Part shown: piece by piece, positions 25,990 through 32,843 of the stretch
Numbering within the stretch: the first letter of the stretch is position 1
Layout of the letters: each line of letters opens with the position of its first letter
Source of the DNA: Candidatus Krumholzibacteriia bacterium
Lineage (GTDB): Bacteria > Krumholzibacteriota > Krumholzibacteriia > LZORAL124-64-63
NCBI GenBank assembly: GCA_036351155.1
Contig: JAZBOO010000292.1
Location: forward strand, 1 to 32,843
DNA: 32,843 nt
Direction: 5' to 3'
Program-made: the position numbers and the translations under genes
The notes under the pieces: model-generated
Seen by the model: only the letters and a program-made list of their open reading frames with translations
What the model was told of the DNA's origin: nothing
Databases searched by the model: none

Positions 25990-28900
25990 CTATCTCAGCA
26001 AGGTCATGCGCTGGGTCCGCACTTCACCCTCACTCACCAGCTTGAGCAGATACACGCCCGACGCCATGGCCGAACCGCTGTTGTCCGTGCCGTTCCAGTT
26101 GATCAGGTGACGGCCGGTGGGGAAGGTCTCCGCCCGGGCCAGCGTTTTCACCAGACGGCCACGAATGTCGTAGATCCCCAGGTCCACCTGGGCCGCCTGC
26201 GGCAAGTCGAAACGGATGGTGGTGCTCGGATTGAACGGATTGGGATACACAGGGAGCAGACGGGTGCCTGCTGGAGCCGGGGGCAGGAAATCGTCATCCA
26301 CGCCGGTGGTCACCCCATCATCGGAGCGCGCCACCAGGTCCAGGGTGTCGTCGTCGCAGTCATCGGCCGCACCCTGCACGTAGGCCGAGAGGGATTCGGC
26401 CAGGATGTTGCCGGCACGGACCAGCCGCACGCTGTGGGCGTCGGGGGCCACGACGCCATCGGCCAGCTCCAACCGGTAGAAATAGCATTCGGTCACGCCC
26501 AGGGTCAGAGGAACTCCGCTGGTGGACTGGATGCGGAATTCGAAGGATCCCGTGTCATCATTAACCGGAGGCAGGGTGGCCACCTCGCCGGGCTGCAGCT
26601 GAAAGGGCGTCAGGGTCCCGTCCCAGAGCACGTTGAAGGAGGCTTCGGTATCGCCGTCATTCATCACCTTCAGACCTTCGTTGTAATGATGGGGTGAAAC
26701 GCCGAAGGGCACGGCCTCGTTTCGGGCCAGTTCGATCTGGCTCAAACGCTTGACCATCTGCCGCACCGGCAATACCGGCGCGATGTGCGAGCCCCGCATG
26801 AGGTCGAACTGCACCAGCCGGCCCGGAGCGGTGATCTGCTCCTCGCTCAGGTTGATGGTCATGGCGTGCACGCCCTCCTCCTGGCAGGGGGGAATGCTGG
26901 TGAGGGTGCCCCAGGGCTGCGGACCGGGGTCGGGGGTGGGCAAGAAGTCGCCCGGGTTGCCATTCGAACAAAAACCCTCGGCGTATTGCAGGAGATCGGC
27001 ATTCAAGCTGGTGGTGCTACCGGCAACAACTCCTTCGACCGGGGCATCGTTGCGCCGTGAACCAAAGGTCGAGGCCACCGCAATCCCGTCGAGACTGCCG
27101 AAAGGCTCGGCCGCCGAGAGACCCGTGCTCCAGCCGCCGGGCGTGCCGCCCGGCTTGATGCCCACGGCCTTGTTGTAACGGGCCTTGACCCCATCGACCC
27201 AGCCGGCAAAGAAGGCCTCGTACATGCTGATTTCGCCCTGGCCGTTGCCCCCCTCGAGCTGGAAGAAGTCCAGACTGGTTCCGGGGGGCAACACGCGCTC
27301 CACGATCCAGGGCGAGGTGTCCACGATGGTGCGCACGCATTCGTTCTGGATGGCCAGATAGCCCAGCGTGGCCCAGTCCAGAGCTGTGACGTAGTGGTCG
27401 TCCGAATCGATGCCGGCCGCATTGGTCATGGTGGTGGCGCTGGACAGGCCCATCTGGTCCAGGCGGTCATTCATCATTTCGGCAAACAGGGGCGAAGTGC
27501 CGGACCACCCTTCCCAGGGCCCGCCGTCTCCCGAGAGAATGGAGCCAATGAGCATGGCCGAATCATTCCCGGAAACCGTCATCATGGTCTGCATGAGGCC
27601 GACAAAGCTGAGTTGCTCGCCCTCGACCAGGGGCGTTTGCGACCCGCCCACCTGGTCGGCCACCCAGCCGGGCACCGTGTAGAACTGGTTGGGATCCACT
27701 GCGCCGTCCCAGATAGCCTCGCAGGCCAGCAGCAGGGTGACGGTCTTGGTGGTCGAAGCAGGCCGCACGCGCTGGAAGGGGCGCTGGCCATAGAGGATGA
27801 ACCCGTCACAGTCGAACAGCACCGAGGTCCGGTGCGGGTGGTTCTGGGGCTGGCGCCAGGGTGCCACGATGAACACCTCGCCCGAGTCGAAAATATCGGT
27901 GCCGTTCTGCTCGTAGGACACGTAATCCGCGCTGGGGGCGCCCACAGCCAGAGCTTCGCGAGTGTCGTTTTCGAAACGGCCGAAGCAGAGAGAGAGACCG
28001 AGGTTGTCGCCCCCGCGGACAAAGTTGTTGATGGTCGTGTGATCGAAGGTGTCGGAGTTGGACATGCTGGGCCCACCAGGCCGACCATAGACAATGTGGA
28101 ACATGCCCGCGTTCAGCTGTTCACCCAGCACCGGTTGTTCGGTGACATCTTCATAGGGAGTCCCGATGGCCAGATCCATGTAGAGGTCGCTGTTGAATCG
28201 CCCGAGGGCCAGCGAGTAGCCGAACTGATCCCCCGGGGAGGCCGCGGTGGAGTTGGTCGTCTCGGATTGGCGCAACTTGTACATGGTCTGGTAGCTGGTC
28301 CCCTGACCACTGAAACCGAGGATGTAAACCGATCCCGCATTGGCCTGGTCCCCGTAGTCATCGCGGGGAGCACCGATGGCCACATCCATGCCGCCGGAGG
28401 TATCGAACATGTGGCCCACCGCCAGTGAGAAGCCCAGCCGGGCATCACCCACCGGCGCCAACCCGGGAACCACGGTACTCGCATCCACGAAGTAGGCGTC
28501 GGAGGCCGAGATTCCATTGGCCCCGGAAAAATAGAAATAAACGCGGCCAGAATTGGTCTGAGGATGCACATCCGCCATGGGTGCGCCCACCACCAGATCG
28601 TCTCCGCCTTCACCATCCAGCTGGCCCGCGGCCAGGGCATAGCCGAACTGGTCACCATACACGTTGGGCCCGCCCACGGTGTAGGGATACATCTTCTGCA
28701 CCCCTTCGGTGGTCAGGCCGTCACTGGATCCGGAAAAGAAATAGAGCAGACCCGTGTCGCCGTCCTGGCCGATGGCGCTGGTGGCCAGGTCCGGGTAGCC
28801 GTCGTCGTCGAAATCGCCCACGGCCAGAGCCCAGCCGAAGTTGGCGTAGTCATCCTGGAGGTTTTCGACATCGTCGTAATTTATCCGGAGGTAGGGCGCA

Positions 28901-29382
28901 ACCTGGAGCCCCCCGGATCCCCCGGCGTAGATCCAGACGGCCCCGCGGTCCGGACCGCCGAAGTTGTTGAGCTGAGGAATGCCCACGGCCAGATCGTCAT
29001 AGCCGTCCTGGTTGAAATCGCCGGAAGCAAGGGAACGGCCAAAGCGCGCGGCCTCGGTGCCCAGATCCCCCACGCTGAAGGAGCGCACTCCCTGGGTGGT
29101 GATCCCCCGCGGCGATCCCGGGCTGATGATCACCATGCCGTGAGCGGCGGAGTTGACCAGGCCGTTGGATTCGTCAGGAGCCGCGGTGGCCAGGTCGTCG
29201 TAGCCGTCCCCGTTGAAGTCGCCCGCGCAGACGGTGCGCCCGAAGTGGTCGTCGGTGTTGGGGACTTCGTCGGATTCACGGCCCTGGCGGACGACGGACA
29301 ACCAGGCGTGAGCTGGTGTGCAAGGAAACAAGGACAACAGGGTGATCAGCAAAAAAGAGCGGCAAAGAACGGAACCATGCAT
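25990..29382 (-). CDS. Secreted multidomain protein: FG-GAP beta-propeller + S11 D-Ala-D-Ala carboxypeptidase-like domain + FlgD-Ig/T9SS-like C-terminal domain
   Basis: About 7 FG...GDFNGDGYDDLA.GAP repeats; PASTTK, SGN, N.AG, KPG; YPNPFNPSTTIRF...IYDIRGRLVKTL...SGVYLL; GGAGG RBS before ATG 29382. Confidence 0.85.
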   Translation of the reverse strand: MHGSVLCRSFLLITLLSLFPCTPAHAWLSVVRQGRESDEVPNTDDHFGRTVCAGDFNGDGYDDLATAAPDESNGLVNSAAHGMVIISPGSPRGITTQGVRSFSVGDLGTEAARFGRSLASGDFNQDGYDDLAVGIPQLNNFGGPDRGAVWIYAGGSGGLQVAPYLRINYDDVENLQDDYANFGWALAVGDFDDDGYPDLATSAIGQDGDTGLLYFFSGSSDGLTTEGVQKMYPYTVGGPNVYGDQFGYALAAGQLDGEGGDDLVVGAPMADVHPQTNSGRVYFYFSGANGISASDAYFVDASTVVPGLAPVGDARLGFSLAVGHMFDTSGGMDVAIGAPRDDYGDQANAGSVYILGFSGQGTSYQTMYKLRQSETTNSTAASPGDQFGYSLALGRFNSDLYMDLAIGTPYEDVTEQPVLGEQLNAGMFHIVYGRPGGPSMSNSDTFDHTTINNFVRGGDNLGLSLCFGRFENDTREALAVGAPSADYVSYEQNGTDIFDSGEVFIVAPWRQPQNHPHRTSVLFDCDGFILYGQRPFQRVRPASTTKTVTLLLACEAIWDGAVDPNQFYTVPGWVADQVGGSQTPLVEGEQLSFVGLMQTMMTVSGNDSAMLIGSILSGDGGPWEGWSGTSPLFAEMMNDRLDQMGLSSATTMTNAAGIDSDDHYVTALDWATLGYLAIQNECVRTIVDTSPWIVERVLPPGTSLDFFQLEGGNGQGEISMYEAFFAGWVDGVKARYNKAVGIKPGGTPGGWSTGLSAAEPFGSLDGIAVASTFGSRRNDAPVEGVVAGSTTSLNADLLQYAEGFCSNGNPGDFLPTPDPGPQPWGTLTSIPPCQEEGVHAMTINLSEEQITAPGRLVQFDLMRGSHIAPVLPVRQMVKRLSQIELARNEAVPFGVSPHHYNEGLKVMNDGDTEASFNVLWDGTLTPFQLQPGEVATLPPVNDDTGSFEFRIQSTSGVPLTLGVTECYFYRLELADGVVAPDAHSVRLVRAGNILAESLSAYVQGAADDCDDDTLDLVARSDDGVTTGVDDDFLPPAPAGTRLLPVYPNPFNPSTTIRFDLPQAAQVDLGIYDIRGRLVKTLARAETFPTGRHLINWNGTDNSGSAMASGVYLLKLVSEGEVRTQRMTLLR

Positions 29383-29485
29383 GGGATGCACCTCCAGAGG
29401 TCTATAAGGGGGAGAATCTCCCCCGGGAGATACCATCATGGCAGTTCACGGCGCCAGCCAACCAATGTCAGCGGATAGCATCTCT

Positions 29486-29501
29486 TGTGAATAAGCTCAC
29501 C
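29486..29501. promoter_or_regulatory. CRP/FNR-family-like operator
   Basis: TGTGA-ataagc-TCACC, 9 of 10 matches to TGTGA-N6-TCACA, about 100 nt upstream of the FG-GAP gene. Confidence 0.45.
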
Positions 29502-29597
29502 ACTTCAACCCTTCCCCCATGGGATTATTAACATGGAAACGTATTTCCCACCACTTCAATAGGGTTTTGAATCTGGAGGCTTCTTTTCAGCAGAGTT

Positions 29598-30380
29598 TCA
29601 GGATGGGGAATCCGAAAAACAGGTGATCACCTGCTCCCTCAGTGTTTCCGGGGCAAGACCCCGGGCTTCGGCAACGTCCAGGACCACCCGACCGGCATCC
29701 AGCGCCACCAGGCGGTCGGCCAACCGCACGGTCTGGTCCAGGTCATGAGAGACGACCAGCAACACGGTGCGCTCTTTCAAGGATCCGATCAGATCCTCGA
29801 TCCCGGCGGCCGCACGAAAATCCAGGTTTGCCGTGGGCTCATCCAGGAGCAGGACCGAGGGTTCCAGGGCCAGCGCCCGGGCCAGACACAACCGCTGCTG
29901 CTGCCCTCCTGACAAGCGGGTGGCGGCCTCGTTCAGGCGATCGCCCACCTCGTTCCACAGGCCCACATCCACGAGGGCCTGACGCATCCGGTGCTCAGCC
30001 TCATCGCCGCGTAATCCGAGGGTTTCGCGCAGAGGAATGATGAAGTTGCGCCGCATGGAAACCGGGAGCACGTTCGGATTCTGGAACACCATGCCCACCC
30101 GGCGCCGCAACTGTTCCAGGGGATAACTGTCGGCATACACGAGACGCTCGCCGCCATTCCAGGGCACCAGCACCTCCCCCTTGGTGTGGTAGCGGCCGAA
30201 CAGTTCGTTCAGACGGTTGATGGCGCGCAGCAAGGTTGTCTTGCCCGAGCCGGATGGCCCGACCAGCACGTGTGTCCGGCCGGGTTCGAATTCCAGGTGG
30301 ATGTCCACGAGGATCTGGCGCCTTCCCACGCTCACATCCAGATGGTGTAGCCGAAGGCTGGTGCTGGACGAGGTGTTCAT
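29598..30380 (-). CDS. pstB: Phosphate ABC transporter ATP-binding protein
   Basis: GPSGSGKTT, RRRVGMVFQ.PN, LSGGQQQRLCLARAL, LLLDEPT, VSH. Confidence 0.85.
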   Translation of the reverse strand: MNTSSSTSLRLHHLDVSVGRRQILVDIHLEFEPGRTHVLVGPSGSGKTTLLRAINRLNELFGRYHTKGEVLVPWNGGERLVYADSYPLEQLRRRVGMVFQNPNVLPVSMRRNFIIPLRETLGLRGDEAEHRMRQALVDVGLWNEVGDRLNEAATRLSGGQQQRLCLARALALEPSVLLLDEPTANLDFRAAAGIEDLIGSLKERTVLLVVSHDLDQTVRLADRLVALDAGRVVLDVAEARGLAPETLREQVITCFSDSPS

Positions 30381-31258
30381 GTTTCTCTGCCTTCCCTTTG
30401 CTCCAGTTCACGGTGCACGGCGTGCGCCACGATGAACAGACATCCCGTCAGCATGAGCAAAACCACGGCGGTGCCAAAGGCGCGCTGGAGATCTTCAGGT
30501 CCACGATTTTCAGCGGCCAGGAAATAGATGTCGAAGGGTAACGCCTGGAACTTGCCCGTCAGGCCACCGGGGAGTCCGCTGTTGGCCACCACGCCGGTCA
30601 TGAGGATCACCGCGGTATCCTCGGCAATGCGCCCCACCGCCAGGAATACGCCCCCGAGCAAACCCCGCCGGGCAGCGGGCAGTAGAATACGCCGGAGTGA
30701 CTGTTCCGGCGTCAAGCCGAGGGCCGGTCCCGCGAGACGCAAGGAATCGGGCAGCCCCAGCAGGGCGGCCTCTGTGGTGCGAATCAGGTAGGGCAACACC
30801 AGCAGGGCCAGGCAAAACATCGCCAGCAGCAGCGAAGTGTTGGCCTGCGGCCAAAGGGTGGCGCGCAACCAGAGGATCAATCCGAAACCGAACCAGCCCA
30901 TCAAGATGGACGGGATGCCCGCCAGCAGATCCACTGACCAGCGCAGCGCCGCTGTCGTGCGTGAGTGTGGGGCCTCGGCCAGATGAATCCCCGCCAGGAT
31001 GCCCAGAGGGATGGCCAGCGCCGAAGCCCCCAGCACCAGTACCAAGGTGCCCACCACCGAGGGCCAGATGCCCCCGAAGACGGCGCGCTGGCCAAGTAAG
31101 GCTTCCAACCAGGGGGTGTCCGCAAAGAAAAGATCGGGGCCCAGAGCCCGCCCCCCACGCACAACCAGAAAGGCGACCAGCACCAGGATCGTCACCGTCA
31201 CTCCAGAGGTGGCCCCCCAGGCCAGCCCGTGTAAAAGATGGGCTCGCGAAACTCTCAT
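30377..31258 (-). CDS. pstA: Phosphate ABC transporter permease PstA-like
   Basis: GGIWPSVVGT, LAGIPSI..G.FG, R.TE.AL, GRIAEDTA; ATGA overlaps. Confidence 0.85.
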   Translation of the reverse strand: MRVSRAHLLHGLAWGATSGVTVTILVLVAFLVVRGGRALGPDLFFADTPWLEALLGQRAVFGGIWPSVVGTLVLVLGASALAIPLGILAGIHLAEAPHSRTTAALRWSVDLLAGIPSILMGWFGFGLILWLRATLWPQANTSLLLAMFCLALLVLPYLIRTTEAALLGLPDSLRLAGPALGLTPEQSLRRILLPAARRGLLGGVFLAVGRIAEDTAVILMTGVVANSGLPGGLTGKFQALPFDIYFLAAENRGPEDLQRAFGTAVVLLMLTGCLFIVAHAVHRELEQREGRET

Positions 31259-32127
31259 GGCGATTCTCCCGTGCGCTCCAGCCGCCTCAAGCCCAGGCTC
31301 AACCCCGCCGTCAGCAGGAAAAGCAGGCAGGCCGCGCCGGCCACCGAGCGGTACTCGGGGCTGAAAGCATCGGTGGCCATCACCAGAGCAATGTGAGCCG
31401 TCAGGGCGCGGGCCGAATCGAGCAATGAATGAGGAACTCCCGTGGCATTGCCGGCCACCATCAGAGCGATCAGGGTGTCTCCGAGAGCTCGACAAAAACC
31501 CAGGACCAGGGCCGCCACCACGCCACGCCGGCTGGCTGGCAGCATGACCTGCACCAGAGCCTGTGCCGGAGAAAGGCCCAGCGCCAGACAGGCAGTCAGC
31601 ACGCGGGACTCACTCTGGACAAGGTGAGCATGCCAGACCAGGACGATCGTGGGGAGGATCAGCAACGCGAGCATCACGATGGCCCCCAGAAGACTGTACC
31701 CACTGCCACCCAGAGCACTGCGAATGGCCGGCACCAGGACAATGACGGCCACGAAACCGTACACCACGGTGGGGATGCTGGTCATGAACTGCACCAGCCT
31801 GAGCAGCGGCCGGCGGAGTTGCTGGGGACCGATACCCTGGAGAAACGCCACCAGGCCGAGCGCCACCGGAAAGGCAATCAACGTGGCTCCGGACGCGATC
31901 AACGCCGAAGCCACGACCATGGCCCCGATGCCGAAGCTGGGGGCGGCCGCAAAGGGACGCCAGGGGGCGGTCAAGGTCTCGGTGACGTGTCCGGAGGTCA
32001 GGAGAGGCCACGCCGCGGCAAAAAGGAATGCCGCAATGGCCGCCGCCACCCCGCCGGCCAGGTAAGCGGCGACCGCCGGAACACCGCGCATGATCGGAGC
32101 AGGCGCCTTTCCCGTGGCGCTCTTCAA
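31255..32127 (-). CDS. pstC: Phosphate ABC transporter permease PstC-like
   Basis: W.P....SFGI, SIPTVVYGF, ILPTI, RALGDT..ALMVAGN, LTAHIA. Confidence 0.85.
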   Translation of the reverse strand: MKSATGKAPAPIMRGVPAVAAYLAGGVAAAIAAFLFAAAWPLLTSGHVTETLTAPWRPFAAAPSFGIGAMVVASALIASGATLIAFPVALGLVAFLQGIGPQQLRRPLLRLVQFMTSIPTVVYGFVAVIVLVPAIRSALGGSGYSLLGAIVMLALLILPTIVLVWHAHLVQSESRVLTACLALGLSPAQALVQVMLPASRRGVVAALVLGFCRALGDTLIALMVAGNATGVPHSLLDSARALTAHIALVMATDAFSPEYRSVAGAACLLFLLTAGLSLGLRRLERTGESP

Positions 32128-32129
32128 GG

Positions 32130-32843
32130 CTACTTGCCGCCCACAGGGAGGTAGCCCGCATCCACAATGATACCCGCACCATCCTCGCCCAGAATGTAGT
32201 CGATGAACGCGCGTGTCAGCCCCTCCGGCTCACCCTTGGTGTTCATGTACAGCTTGCGGGTCACCGGATAGGTGCCGTCGGCCGCGTTTTCCTGGGTGAC
32301 GGCCACGCCATCGAGGTCGGGAGCCTTCAGACTCGCATCCAGGTGCCCGATGCTGACGTAGCCGATTGCGTAGGGATCCTTGCCGACGGCCGTCTTCATG
32401 GCGCCGTTACTTGCCACCACGTTCGCGCTCGCTGCGATCTCCGCCTTGGCCAGAGCCTTCGACCAGTAAACCTTGCGCGTACCGCTGGCCTCGTCCCGCG
32501 TGAAGAGATGGATCTCGTGGTCAGAGCCGCCGAGTTCCTTCCAGTTCGTGATCCGGCCGGCGAAGATGTCCTGCAGTTGCTGGGAAGTGATAGATCCCAG
32601 GGGGTTCTCCGGATGCACCACCGTACACACCCCATCGACCGCGAAGGGGAAGGACACCAGTCCGTACTCGGCCACCTCCTCCGCAGACAGCGCGCGCCCG
32701 GCGTTGCCGATCTGCACCAGCCCCTCGCCCGCCTTCTGGACGCCCAGGCCGCTGCCGCCGCCAGCCACGGTGATGCGGATGTCAGGATTGGCCTTCATGA
32801 TCTTTTCCGCGGCTGCATTCATGACCGGGATGTGGGCGGTGCC
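32130..32843 (-). CDS. pstS: PstS-family substrate-binding protein; 5' end outside window
   Basis: GGGSGLG, FAVDG...VHPEN, IF.G.ITNWKELGG, RDEASGTR, AIGYVS, YPVTRKL. Confidence 0.88.
   Translation of the reverse strand, partial: GTAHIPVMNAAAEKIMKANPDIRITVAGGGSGLGVQKAGEGLVQIGNAGRALSAEEVAEYGLVSFPFAVDGVCTVVHPENPLGSITSQQLQDIFAGRITNWKELGGSDHEIHLFTRDEASGTRKVYWSKALAKAEIAASANVVASNGAMKTAVGKDPYAIGYVSIGHLDASLKAPDLDGVAVTQENAADGTYPVTRKLYMNTKGEPEGLTRAFIDYILGEDGAGIIVDAGYLPVGGK

Noticed and set aside
27900..29260. Recurring nucleotide similarity that might suggest a repeat array or CRISPR
   Set aside because: Explained by degenerate FG-GAP protein repeats; no identical repeats with spacers and no cas genes

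Overview
GC-rich bacterial chromosomal window with about 33 protein-coding genes and no rRNA, tRNA, CRISPR array or transposase that I can support. A FlgD-Ig/T9SS-like C-terminal domain, a C-terminal 'TWGGVRALYR' motif, a secreted 6-bladed propeller and a kinase-TolB-TPR protein suggest an FCB-group lineage such as Krumholzibacteriota or Latescibacterota (inference). Housekeeping content: S9 peptidase, smr-smr-folM-folK-groES run, DUF2797, spmAB, hipBA-like toxin-antitoxin pair, yciH, arfB, cupins and a pstSCAB-like transporter. The best candidate for an undescribed system is a compact minus-strand operon at 3396-5974. It encodes a 95-aa precursor-like peptide with a strong RBS and a CCTCK motif, a divergent LPLAT-type acyltransferase with an extra C-terminal domain, and an M50/YydH-like membrane zinc protease with an extra N-terminal domain, consistent with a ribosomal lipopeptide (RiPP) pathway. 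Two unusual fusions also stand out: alpha/beta-hydrolase-GlpD, and FG-GAP propeller-DD-carboxypeptidase-FlgD-Ig. All assignments come from motif reading; no searches were run.
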